DNA from: a virus
Length of the DNA stretch: 64,000 nt
Reading direction: 5' to 3' (one strand)
Virus record (IMG/VR): IMGVR_UViG_3300032249_000861
Coordinates: 46,026 to 110,025 of that record
The position numbers were made by a program, and so were the translations under genes. Positions within the stretch are counted from its first letter, which is position 1. The number at the start of each line of letters is the position of its first letter. Shown piece by piece: positions 22,513-32,274 of this stretch. The notes beneath the pieces were generated by a model. It saw only the letters and a list, made by a program, of their open reading frames with translations, was not told the DNA's origin and made no database searches.

Positions 22513-24996
22513 ATGAGTACTCCATGGTACACAATATTCGGTCCTAGGTCTTGGCCAGGAGTAGAAATCAATACCGGCAATAAAAAAATAGATGCTGTGT
22601 ATTATAACCTTTTGAGTGATAACAATGTTCAATTAGCTGCTAGCGGAGTAATGTGGTTAGTTGCTGGTACTGGTATCAGAATGATTACTCCTGGTTATGT
22701 TGATGTTAGCGGACTAAGAGCACATACTATGCTTTTTAAGGAAGCTAAGAGAATTGATAATAGTGGACAGATTATACCTACTTATATCGGAAGCACAGGA
22801 TCTGTAGTATATAAATATGATGATCATAATCTTGCTGGTATTCCTAGTAATGAATTAGTATATAATACTGGTATTGGTAAATTAACAATGCCATCTAAAC
22901 CGCTAGGAATGTTATATGTTAGTAAAGGGAATACTATAGAGGGAGAAGCTCCTACAAAAGAATTTGGATCATTTGAAGAGATCGTTCCGGTACCAACAAT
23001 AGTTGTCCCAGGCGAAGACGGTGCTCCTCCAACCATAGTTCCTTCATATGTTACAGTAAATACTCATGCTATATTTACCAGCGGCATATCTATATATCCT
23101 AATTTAGATAGCTATAAGGGAAGTATTCTAACCCATATGGGTTCTGGAAATAAAGTAGAATGGTCTAATGCTCCGTACTTAAAAGCAGATGGGGCCACAT
23201 GGACAAGGTTTCCTAAAAGGCCAATATTTATTGACGGAGATAGAATAATATTTTATAGAGACCAGCCAGCATGGGCACAAGACTGGGTTAATAGTCCAAC
23301 ACCAGAAATACTTAAAAAAGAATTTGGTATTGGTGAGGATACTATAGAATTGATAACGTTAAAGGACAGATCTGTTACACAAGTTAAGTTTGCTACCACA
23401 ATTCTTTACGGTGTTGGAGATGTTCAAACAGAAGATGGTCCAGACTTATTGACTCCATTAACATCTCTATTTACTACCGTATCATTTATTGATCCTGATG
23501 ACACGGCTTCTGGACTAGAAAAAATAGGCTACGCTGTTAAAATCTGTAGTCCAAAACCATGGGATGGAACAGCAAAAACTAATACTAATGGATATGCATT
23601 TTCTGTTACTAAGGGAGCTTATCTTAGTATGCAGTTGTCTCCAGATGCTACTAAGAGATTTAATTGTATTGATGGGTTTCCTAACAGCCCATTCAGATTT
23701 AAACCAAGCACATCAAATAATATTAGCATAAGACCAAATGTTAATACTGGTTTTAATTTACTAGCAGAAAATATTGACTTCATGGTTTTTGGTCAACGCC
23801 AAACAAAGTTCAATAATTATGAAGAAGAGTTATTTGATTTAGACGACTCTCTTACGCCTAGTGGTTTAATTCCAGCGTTTAAGATAGATGCCAATATACC
23901 CAATGCTGCTAGTGGTACTGTAGAGTCAGGGGTTTACTATGTTAAATACTTAGATAGAGCTAGACTTAATCCTTCGGGATGGAGTTATGACAGTAATCCA
24001 AAAATTACTATAAACTCTAAGACAGCATATCAGATATCTTCATTAGCTACTGGAATTAATGCTGGACTAGGTCTATATGCTGATTTAACAGTAAGCGGAA
24101 TAACCTACAGCACTCAGCTTATAGCAGATAAAATATTCTTGAATCCAAAGCCAACAGATGATAACTCTGGTGGGTATATTGCTAATTCATTGCTTACTCT
24201 CGACAGATCCGGAAGGGTCATCTCTCGTGTTCCTAGACAAAATCCCACAGTTCCATCAGCACCAAGTGGCATAAGACTAGATCCTGGTCATACTAATGGA
24301 ATAGGAAACACAGAAGTTTCTCTCGTATGGATATCGCCAGAGAATGATGGTAGAAGTGCTTTGTTAGGTTATTCTCTACAGTTCTCTAGTAACGACGGAG
24401 AAACATGGACAGACTTACCGAATACCTTATATAGTATTGACAGAGCGTCAGAAGTTACTCCATTAGCAACTATTGTTGGATTATCTCCTCTTATCTCATA
24501 TAGATTTAGAGTTGCTGCACAAAATGGAATTGGTGTTGGAGATTATTCAAGTGGTTCTGCTCCTATTGTTCCTGGTTCTGAAGTTCCCAAAAGACCAGAT
24601 AATTTCACTTCTAGTAGAGTATTTGATGAAACACTGTATTCTAATATACTTCTTTCTTGGGATCCTCCTCAAGCCGGAGCAGATTCTGTATTGGGATATG
24701 TTATCGAAGAGTCAACAGATGGCGGAGCAACTTGGCAATACTACAATTTACCAACAGCACTAATATCCTCAGATTCAGAGTTAATATCAGCAACAGAGTC
24801 TGTTGTAGATTATGTATATAAAATATCAGCATGGAATTCTTACGGTCAGAGTGCTTTTGCCTATACTTATGTTCAGGGTAATGCTATTGATGAAGCTGAT
24901 CCTGAGGAAGAAGCTAGACAAGAAGAAACAGCAAATGACGTTTTAAGTAATTGGGATTTCGGAAAAGTACTATTTACAGGAGTATGCCCCACATGA
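22513..24996 (+). CDS. Putative tail fibre/appendage protein with two C-terminal fibronectin type III domains
   Basis: 827 aa, SD-like AAGGA upstream. PSAPSG...VSLVWISPENDGRSALLGYSLQFS...YRFRVAAQNGIGVG and LLSWDPP...GYVIEES...YVYKISAWNSYG are FN3 signatures. Confidence 0.75.
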   Translation: MSTPWYTIFGPRSWPGVEINTGNKKIDAVYYNLLSDNNVQLAASGVMWLVAGTGIRMITPGYVDVSGLRAHTMLFKEAKRIDNSGQIIPTYIGSTGSVVYKYDDHNLAGIPSNELVYNTGIGKLTMPSKPLGMLYVSKGNTIEGEAPTKEFGSFEEIVPVPTIVVPGEDGAPPTIVPSYVTVNTHAIFTSGISIYPNLDSYKGSILTHMGSGNKVEWSNAPYLKADGATWTRFPKRPIFIDGDRIIFYRDQPAWAQDWVNSPTPEILKKEFGIGEDTIELITLKDRSVTQVKFATTILYGVGDVQTEDGPDLLTPLTSLFTTVSFIDPDDTASGLEKIGYAVKICSPKPWDGTAKTNTNGYAFSVTKGAYLSMQLSPDATKRFNCIDGFPNSPFRFKPSTSNNISIRPNVNTGFNLLAENIDFMVFGQRQTKFNNYEEELFDLDDSLTPSGLIPAFKIDANIPNAASGTVESGVYYVKYLDRARLNPSGWSYDSNPKITINSKTAYQISSLATGINAGLGLYADLTVSGITYSTQLIADKIFLNPKPTDDNSGGYIANSLLTLDRSGRVISRVPRQNPTVPSAPSGIRLDPGHTNGIGNTEVSLVWISPENDGRSALLGYSLQFSSNDGETWTDLPNTLYSIDRASEVTPLATIVGLSPLISYRFRVAAQNGIGVGDYSSGSAPIVPGSEVPKRPDNFTSSRVFDETLYSNILLSWDPPQAGADSVLGYVIEESTDGGATWQYYNLPTALISSDSELISATESVVDYVYKISAWNSYGQSAFAYTYVQGNAIDEADPEEEARQEETANDVLSNWDFGKVLFTGVCPT

Positions 24997-25562
24997 GCCT
25001 TCTACTATTTAAAAGAGACGAAACAGGATTCGGTCATCCATCACCAGAACAGTTATCTGTCGGAGAAATTGTTATCAATAGCGTCACAGGCAAACTATAT
25101 ACTAAGTTAGTAGATGGTTCTGTTATAGAGTTTATAGGACAAAAAATTTGTTTTGATCCTCTTCCAGAAATATTTACACTGTATGAAAATTCATTAATAT
25201 CCAATGATATTGTTACTAATTTTTGTTGTACTGGTGCTTTATTAGAATTTGAGGTTAAAAAACTAAAGTTAGAACCAACACCGTATTCTTTTAGATTTAT
25301 AGAACTAACGAATAATGCTGACCCGCAAGATATAACAATCCAAGCCCCTAAATTTTCTATATACGAAGAGATTACCCCTGCAACACCACCGAGTACAACA
25401 GTGACTACTCTAACATACAGAAAAGCTATTGTTCCAATTAACTTAGCTATAAATCTAAGCACTCAAGGGATTAGTTTGTTTAAGTTTGGTGTTATAGGAG
25501 ATCCTAGTAGACCACCAATATTAGAAAAAATTGTAACCATCAGATGTCAAGAATCAATATAG
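24993..25562 (+). CDS. Small fibre-associated protein with Mtd-N-like / tail-fibre N-terminal motif
   Basis: Start reassigned to ATG 24993 (ATGA overlap with the previous stop, AGGAG ~24978). LLFKRDETG...PSPEQLSVGEIVINSVTGKLYTK matches the common 'xKR...P....L..GE..IN...GKLY' fibre N-terminal motif. Confidence 0.55.
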   Translation: MSLLLFKRDETGFGHPSPEQLSVGEIVINSVTGKLYTKLVDGSVIEFIGQKICFDPLPEIFTLYENSLISNDIVTNFCCTGALLEFEVKKLKLEPTPYSFRFIELTNNADPQDITIQAPKFSIYEEITPATPPSTTVTTLTYRKAIVPINLAINLSTQGISLFKFGVIGDPSRPPILEKIVTIRCQESI

Positions 25563-25572
25563 GACAACCTTT

Positions 25573-26460
25573 ATGATAAATACTATTAATCACAGTCTAG
25601 AAGAAGGTGAAGCTGGATTACTACTTCGTTTTAATGTTGATTTAGCACAGCTCAAAAAGAGAGACCAGTATATCGTTCAGTTTGATTCTCCTGTTTCGTT
25701 GCCATATGATCCTCCTGTTACTCTGTCTTTCACACCAGACCCACCATCCTATTCGATTATAAATAGTGGCGGAATTATTCCACAAATTTTTGTTAAAATC
25801 AAATCTCTTCACAGAGCAGAAACTAAAACTTTACTAAGATTAACTATTAAAGACGTATATAATAATATTTTATATATTGACTATTTGTTAATAGTTTGTT
25901 CACCACAGTCCACACTAAAATTTGACGCATCACTATTACCGTCAAATATTGCTGGTAATATCGGAGATAATGGCGGTAGTAGAATTAAATTATCTCAACC
26001 AAATACCATTAGATTAGATAAGGGAATGTCAGTTAAAGGTCCTGGTCTATCTGATAGTATATCATATACTATTAGAACCATAGAAACTAATGACACTATT
26101 GAATTAGATAAATTAATACCAACATTTGATAATAGAACAATAACTGGAACATTTATTTTTACTAGAATTACAGGATGTGTCGATCCTGGCTTACTATCTC
26201 TAAGATCGTCTCAGCCAGTATATACGATTTTAGATTTTAGTAATAATTGGACATACGAAATTGGTAATAGAATTATTGCTCAGTTTATTGTAGAGAATAA
26301 AAACGATAATCTAGATACTCTCGTATTATTGCCAATTAAAAATGCTTCTTTGTTAAATAATTCTGACAACTCGGCTTCAATACCAAGCATCTCTGTAATT
26401 AAAGGTGCGGGTAGAGTTATAGGCGATTCTCAGTGTTTATCCGAACTAGTTTTTAGTTAA
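25573..26460 (+). CDS. Hypothetical virion/tail protein (beta-rich)
   Basis: 295 aa ORF, SD-like AGGA upstream, within the structural operon. No recognised family. Confidence 0.6.
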   Translation: MINTINHSLEEGEAGLLLRFNVDLAQLKKRDQYIVQFDSPVSLPYDPPVTLSFTPDPPSYSIINSGGIIPQIFVKIKSLHRAETKTLLRLTIKDVYNNILYIDYLLIVCSPQSTLKFDASLLPSNIAGNIGDNGGSRIKLSQPNTIRLDKGMSVKGPGLSDSISYTIRTIETNDTIELDKLIPTFDNRTITGTFIFTRITGCVDPGLLSLRSSQPVYTILDFSNNWTYEIGNRIIAQFIVENKNDNLDTLVLLPIKNASLLNNSDNSASIPSISVIKGAGRVIGDSQCLSELVFS

Positions 26461-26519
26461 TTGATAAAATAATAGCATGGTGTAATTAATTATGAGTTTC
26501 CATATTTTGAGTAAATAAT

Positions 26520-27719
26520 ATGATTATAAATAGCCAGTTTTTTATTACATACTACATAGGCACAGAGCCACTTCCGCTCAAAACCGTACCACCATCACTA
26601 CCTATCAATAGTGTTGGTCGCATAGAATACGACACTTTCATACAAGCCATAGACACAATTTACGGCAGTCAAACTCTGGATGGTTCGATTCCAAAATTCT
26701 GGACTAGAAGAACCCAGTCCGTTGATCGATTAGGAAATATCAGATATTTTTATGAACCACACCCTGATTCTACATTATCTCAATTAGATAGTAAGTCTTC
26801 TTATTATTTTATTATTAGAGATACTACAGAAATTCCACTTAGAGTTCCTTCTGTTGGTGGATTATTATTAGGGTTTACAGATGCTAATAAATTACCAAAT
26901 GTTCTACCAAGCAGCATACCAAACACAGGACTGTCTACCGATAGTAAATATGCTTTCTCTCCAAAGATCGAAAATTTACAACCTTACGAACAATACAGAT
27001 ACGAATTTAAAACAGTTAACTCTAATTGGCCAGTAAGTATTAGCTCCATATCTGGCATAATTAAACCATCAACCGACAGAGCTTCTATAGAGAGCAGTAT
27101 CGGTTTCTGTCCCAGTACTGGAAATTGTGATACTAATATCATGCCTTTTACACTACCAGAAGAATGTACCTTATCTGGTTCTGATAATAAAACAATTACT
27201 ATGCAGTTGTCAATAATGCCAGTATCTTACAATGGTATGGAAGTATTGAGTAATCAGTTTACAATTGAGTGTAAAGACTGTTTGCCAAAACCTTCCATAG
27301 TCATTTCTGGAAAATCTTCTCCTCTTGTAGTAGAACCCACAGGAGATGATGCAGAGCCTGCGTCTTATTCCTTTGAGTTGCTTACCAAAAATTTAGAATT
27401 AGATAAAAGCTATTCCTATAATATTGAAGTATTGAGATCAGAGTGGCCATTCCTATTTACTACTCCGACATCTGGTAATATAATAATTAAATCTTCAACA
27501 GACAAGCCTTCACTAGATGGTAAAATATTTTTCTGTCCAACAACTGGGCTATGTCCACCAAATATTAATGGTGTTGGTAGCTACTCTGTTCCATCATATC
27601 CAAAATTCTTAACCGGAGCAGCGTCCTATAATGTTACTCTAAGAGCCGTATTAAATTCTGCTGAGTGCGATACAGAAACCATATATAGTTTACCTATCAC
27701 CATATCATATAAAAATTAA
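26520..27719 (+). CDS. Hypothetical structural protein with 2 Cys-rich 'WP/FC/CxxC' repeats
   Basis: 399 aa. YRYEF...NWPV...SG...FCPSTGNC...CKDCLP and YSYNI...EWPF...SG...FCPTTGLCP. Confidence 0.7.
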   Translation: MIINSQFFITYYIGTEPLPLKTVPPSLPINSVGRIEYDTFIQAIDTIYGSQTLDGSIPKFWTRRTQSVDRLGNIRYFYEPHPDSTLSQLDSKSSYYFIIRDTTEIPLRVPSVGGLLLGFTDANKLPNVLPSSIPNTGLSTDSKYAFSPKIENLQPYEQYRYEFKTVNSNWPVSISSISGIIKPSTDRASIESSIGFCPSTGNCDTNIMPFTLPEECTLSGSDNKTITMQLSIMPVSYNGMEVLSNQFTIECKDCLPKPSIVISGKSSPLVVEPTGDDAEPASYSFELLTKNLELDKSYSYNIEVLRSEWPFLFTTPTSGNIIIKSSTDKPSLDGKIFFCPTTGLCPPNINGVGSYSVPSYPKFLTGAASYNVTLRAVLNSAECDTETIYSLPITISYKN

Positions 27720-27722
27720 ACC

Positions 27723-29915
27723 ATGAATACAGAACAACCATCTTCACAAACTAACTTTGTATCTTTAGCTGATACAACAGAACCAACAAAAGGCCATATC
27801 CAAGATCTATCTGCATCGGTTAAAGGATTAATAAAAAGATTAGAATATAAATATGAAATAGAGGGATTGGGAGCAAATTGGCCATTGGCCATAGTGCCTA
27901 TTTCTGGTACGTTTATTGCCGCTTCAAGAACAGCAGAGATCAAAGTTAAAGCAGTTTTCTGTCCGAGTATTGCTTTGTGTCCTTCTGGCAGTCCTGATGT
28001 TTTAGACTATAGTTCTAATTATAGCTATGGTATTGATAAAACAAAAAATCTACTATTTTCTACAGTTAGAGCTAAAGTGTCTGAAGTAAATTCTAATAGT
28101 GATTTTCTATATAGCGAACCAGTCACACTCTCTTGTTCAAATTGCTTACCTCAAGTTGGTCCGAGAGTTATATTACCGGATACTATGATATTAAATACTG
28201 GCACCAAAAATACTATTACCGTTAGTGGTGTTGCTAGTGGTATCTCTCCTGATATTAGATACTCTTACATATTTAAAGTACTAGATTCTACATGGCCTGT
28301 TGATCTGTATCCTATAAGCGGCACTGCCCAGAGCAATACCAATGAGCTTAAGCTATTTACTCAACTAGTATTTTGTAAAACTTCCGGACTATACGATTCT
28401 GGTATGTGTAGCGATTCAGATAAAAGAGCTACTGTTAGTTTAGAGCTATTGCCGTTGTCAGATGATTTTGAAACAGTGTCTATACTAGCTGTCAACGATA
28501 CTGAAAAATTAGTCAGTAATAATAGTCTAATACATTGTAATAATTGTTTACCCTCAAATCCAAAAATTACTCTACCAGAAACCCTAACATTGAATAGCAG
28601 TACTAAAAATACTATCGCTATTACTGGAACAATAAGTGGAATATCTCCCTACACAAGATACTCTTACGTGTTTAAAACACTAGATACTACTTGGCCAATT
28701 GAACTATATCCCATAAGTGGTACAGCATATACTAATGGTGAAGAGTGTAAAGTTTCCACCCAGGTGGTATTCTGTAAAAATTCTGGATCATATGATTCTG
28801 ATGCTTGCGGTACTATTAAAAGCAAAAGAGCTACTATTAATTTAGAGGTAAGCTCTTTAAATAATGCTATTAAATTAATAAGTAACGATAGTCTAATTTC
28901 ATGTGATAATTGTATATCTTATCCTAAGGTTACTTTACCAGATATTGTCTTATTAGATGATAAAACCCAAAATATCATTACTGTTAGTGGTGTTGCTAGT
29001 GGTATATCCCCAGATATTCGTTACTCATATAGATATAAGGTACTAGATGCCACATGGCCAGTTTCTCTTTATCCTTTGAGCGGAACTATTAAAAGTGCTA
29101 CCGAAGTAGTATCAATACCAAGTCAGTTAGTATTTTGTGAAACATCAGGGAATTACCAAACTGACATGTGTGGCACTCCTAAAGAGAAGAGAGCAACACT
29201 AAGTCTGGAACTAACGCCACTAGCATCAGATACTGAAACAGTATCAATTCTGTCTATTAATAATAGTAAGATTATCAGCAACGACATGATTGCAGAATGT
29301 GACGGTTGTATACTATATCCCAACGTTTCCCTAGTCGCATTATCTTCAAATACCAAAGCTGTTACCTCTGGAGTCATTCCTAATAGCGGAGTAAATCCGG
29401 CTGTGTCAGGATCAGGAGTATCAGCACTTGGAGATTTACAGCAGATGAGTTCTTCTGTACCGACTGTAGGTATAACAACCTCTTCTACCAGTGTCCTACC
29501 AATAAGTACAAATAAGGCTAATAGAATAAATATTGCTGCTTCTATTCAAAATGTAAAAATTAATCGTACCTATAATTATAGTTTAGAAAATATTGACTCT
29601 AATTGGCCGTTGTATGTAGGTTCTATATCTGGTCAAATTACCCCTGTTTCTAGTACCACCACACTAAATTTTGTTGGAGAGTTTTGTCCAGCTCCGTCGG
29701 TATGTCCATCTGGATCATCTGCTGTAATACCATATTCTACAGTTATTAGTCATACTAACTCTTATACATCATCATCATTTAGACTTAAGCTGGTTGACCC
29801 GATCATTACAGGCTCTTATTATAGTAATAACATTAGGGTCTACTGTAGTGACTGCTCTCAGAATTTTGCCCCAACTGTGGTGTCGTCTCAGGTTTCGGAA
29901 AACCCCTCTTGTTAA
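27723..29915 (+). CDS. Hypothetical structural protein with 5 Cys-rich 'WP/FC/CxxC' repeats
   Basis: 730 aa. Five units (NWPL, TWPV, TWPI, TWPV, NWPL), each ending in CxxC (CSNC, CNNC, CDNC, CDGC, CSDC). Confidence 0.75.
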   Translation: MNTEQPSSQTNFVSLADTTEPTKGHIQDLSASVKGLIKRLEYKYEIEGLGANWPLAIVPISGTFIAASRTAEIKVKAVFCPSIALCPSGSPDVLDYSSNYSYGIDKTKNLLFSTVRAKVSEVNSNSDFLYSEPVTLSCSNCLPQVGPRVILPDTMILNTGTKNTITVSGVASGISPDIRYSYIFKVLDSTWPVDLYPISGTAQSNTNELKLFTQLVFCKTSGLYDSGMCSDSDKRATVSLELLPLSDDFETVSILAVNDTEKLVSNNSLIHCNNCLPSNPKITLPETLTLNSSTKNTIAITGTISGISPYTRYSYVFKTLDTTWPIELYPISGTAYTNGEECKVSTQVVFCKNSGSYDSDACGTIKSKRATINLEVSSLNNAIKLISNDSLISCDNCISYPKVTLPDIVLLDDKTQNIITVSGVASGISPDIRYSYRYKVLDATWPVSLYPLSGTIKSATEVVSIPSQLVFCETSGNYQTDMCGTPKEKRATLSLELTPLASDTETVSILSINNSKIISNDMIAECDGCILYPNVSLVALSSNTKAVTSGVIPNSGVNPAVSGSGVSALGDLQQMSSSVPTVGITTSSTSVLPISTNKANRINIAASIQNVKINRTYNYSLENIDSNWPLYVGSISGQITPVSSTTTLNFVGEFCPAPSVCPSGSSAVIPYSTVISHTNSYTSSSFRLKLVDPIITGSYYSNNIRVYCSDCSQNFAPTVVSSQVSENPSC

Positions 29916-29933
29916 ATAAATAAGGTATATATA

Positions 29934-32249
29934 ATGTCAAATGTTAAAAGCATAGGAATTAAAGTTAGTGGCTTAAGTCCACTAGAAACATATAATTATC
30001 AATTTTCTAATAAGGGCGGAAACTGGCCTGTAAGAGTATCTCCAATTTCTGGAATATTCAAGCCTAATTCTCTAGATAATGTATATGAAATTAGATCCTA
30101 TGTAGAATTTTGTCCCACCACAGGCTTATGTCCAGCAACAGACCCAAATGTTCTGTACAATGCCCCGCCAGTGGACGTTAATTCTGGTGCGTCTGTTGAT
30201 AGAACAGCATTATATTCTGTGGTAGGGTTGTCTGTTACTTCTCACACAACATCAGAAAATGTTTTAGAAAATCAAACACTAGTACAATGCGATAACTGTT
30301 TGCCAAACATTACTCTAGCTACTGAAGAAACTATATTATTGAATGATTCTTCATTAAATACCAAACAAATAGCTACTTCTGTTAATGGCTTAATTCCAAA
30401 TCAAATATATAACTATGAATTTTCTGCTATTGATAGTAATTGGCCAATAAGAATATCTCCTAGAACAGGATCTATAAGATCAGCATCTGATTCTGCAACT
30501 ATTAGATCCTTAATAACAGTATGTAATAGTGCTGATGATTGTGTAAATTCACTGGAATATAATCCTACTCAAAATTGTGATATCGGACAAAATCCTTTTG
30601 CTGCCATTAAATTAACGATAACTCCAGAAGGGGGTTATCAGTCTCCAGTATCTTCTGATTTTACTGTTGTTTGCGAAGATTGTATTCCAAAATTATCTCT
30701 AGTATTACCATCAACAATACAATTAGATAGAATATCAAAAAATAAAACTTCTATGAATATGGTAGCATCTAATTTAAAAATTGGAAAACAATATGTATAT
30801 AAGATTAATAGTGTAGATGCTAATTGGCCAGCAATTGTTACCCCAATGAGTGGGAAATTAACAGCACACTATGATCGTATGGATATTCCAGTTAAAGTTA
30901 CTCTTTGTTCTTCCACAGGACTATGTCCATCAAATAATCAAGACGTTATAGATTATAGTATAGATGATACTTGTTTATTAAATTATTCTAATCTAGATAG
31001 ATTTGTCAGGTTTAATGCGGATATTTCCGCAGATAATTGTGTGGAGTCATTAGATAGAGTTTATAGTAATGATGTCCTTATTAGCTGCGTAGACTGCTTA
31101 CCAAAAGTCAAAGTCTACATCCCTAATACTACATTATTATCTTCAGACTCTACTACAAATGTAACTATTTTTAATGCTGACTTAACTGATCTTACGCCCA
31201 GACAACAATATGAGTACAAATTTAAATCAGTAGATGGCAATTGGCCTATCTTAATATCTCCAATAAGTGGAACAATAGTATCAGACAGTACTAGTGCAAG
31301 CATATCATCAAGACTAACATTTTGCAGATCAACTGGATTGTGTGATGGGGTAGATAATTTACTAGATTATACATATGATACTAGTAGCTTATACACAGAG
31401 GGACTAGAAAGATATGGATCTATAGTTTTAGAAGTTAATCCAACGGATTGTTTCGATATGTCTAAGAGTACTAGCAATACTATGTTGGTTAGATGCGACA
31501 ATTGTCTGCCAAACCCGACCTTGACCCATCAAACCAATTCATCAACATTATCTGTGCCAGGAGTCAGTCGCTATCAGCTCTCAACGTCTGCACAAAATTT
31601 GATTGTTGGTGAAACATATAGGTACAATATCAATTATATAGACAGCAACTGGCCAACCATAGTATCAAAACAATCTGGACAATTCGTTGCTGTTGCTGCT
31701 AATAAAAACATAACAACAGAACTACAGTTTTGTTTTCCTAGCGGAACCTGTTCGCAAAATCCAATAGACGTGATGCCATATAGAGTAAGTCCGATTACCA
31801 GCAACACAAATAAATATGCAATTATTAATTTATCTATAACAGATATTACTAGCAATAATACTCCTGTTATTAGTGATGATTTTTCTCTAACTTGTTCTAA
31901 TTGCTTACCAGACATTAATTACACTATAGCCTTCTCTGGTAGCCCAACTCTAGTATTACCAAGCAACTGCTGTTCTGGTAATCAGGTTATGAGAGTTAAT
32001 ATTGGTGGTGCTGTGCCTGGAGATATACACAATTATGTATTATCTTCATCAACACCGAACGTGTCTTTTATGCCATCAACTGGTCAGATCGTCTTTAAGC
32101 AAGGGGGGTCTGGAACAATTATTAGTATGATGAGCACAGCACTAAGTGACCAAACATCAGCTATAGCACAATGCAAGCTGACTAATATTAGTTCAAACAT
32201 AGAAGCTGTTGACTTTTTGGTTATAAAATGTGGATCCAGTGCTTGCTAA
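29934..32249 (+). CDS. Hypothetical structural protein with 5 full and 1 degenerate Cys-rich 'WP/FC/CxxC' repeats
   Basis: 771 aa. NWPV, NWPI, NWPA, NWPI, NWPT units ending CDNC, CEDC, CVDC, CDNC, CSNC. Confidence 0.75.
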   Translation: MSNVKSIGIKVSGLSPLETYNYQFSNKGGNWPVRVSPISGIFKPNSLDNVYEIRSYVEFCPTTGLCPATDPNVLYNAPPVDVNSGASVDRTALYSVVGLSVTSHTTSENVLENQTLVQCDNCLPNITLATEETILLNDSSLNTKQIATSVNGLIPNQIYNYEFSAIDSNWPIRISPRTGSIRSASDSATIRSLITVCNSADDCVNSLEYNPTQNCDIGQNPFAAIKLTITPEGGYQSPVSSDFTVVCEDCIPKLSLVLPSTIQLDRISKNKTSMNMVASNLKIGKQYVYKINSVDANWPAIVTPMSGKLTAHYDRMDIPVKVTLCSSTGLCPSNNQDVIDYSIDDTCLLNYSNLDRFVRFNADISADNCVESLDRVYSNDVLISCVDCLPKVKVYIPNTTLLSSDSTTNVTIFNADLTDLTPRQQYEYKFKSVDGNWPILISPISGTIVSDSTSASISSRLTFCRSTGLCDGVDNLLDYTYDTSSLYTEGLERYGSIVLEVNPTDCFDMSKSTSNTMLVRCDNCLPNPTLTHQTNSSTLSVPGVSRYQLSTSAQNLIVGETYRYNINYIDSNWPTIVSKQSGQFVAVAANKNITTELQFCFPSGTCSQNPIDVMPYRVSPITSNTNKYAIINLSITDITSNNTPVISDDFSLTCSNCLPDINYTIAFSGSPTLVLPSNCCSGNQVMRVNIGGAVPGDIHNYVLSSSTPNVSFMPSTGQIVFKQGGSGTIISMMSTALSDQTSAIAQCKLTNISSNIEAVDFLVIKCGSSAC

Positions 32250-32274
32250 ATCTAAGATATAAGAGGATTTGATA

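Noticed and set aside
24951-24992. ORF-track starts at 24951, 32269, 55208, 55960 and 62579
   Set aside because: Nearby ATGs with SD sequences, stop/start coupling or a better-fitting N-terminus (24993, 32275, 55196, 55945, 62552) are more plausible.
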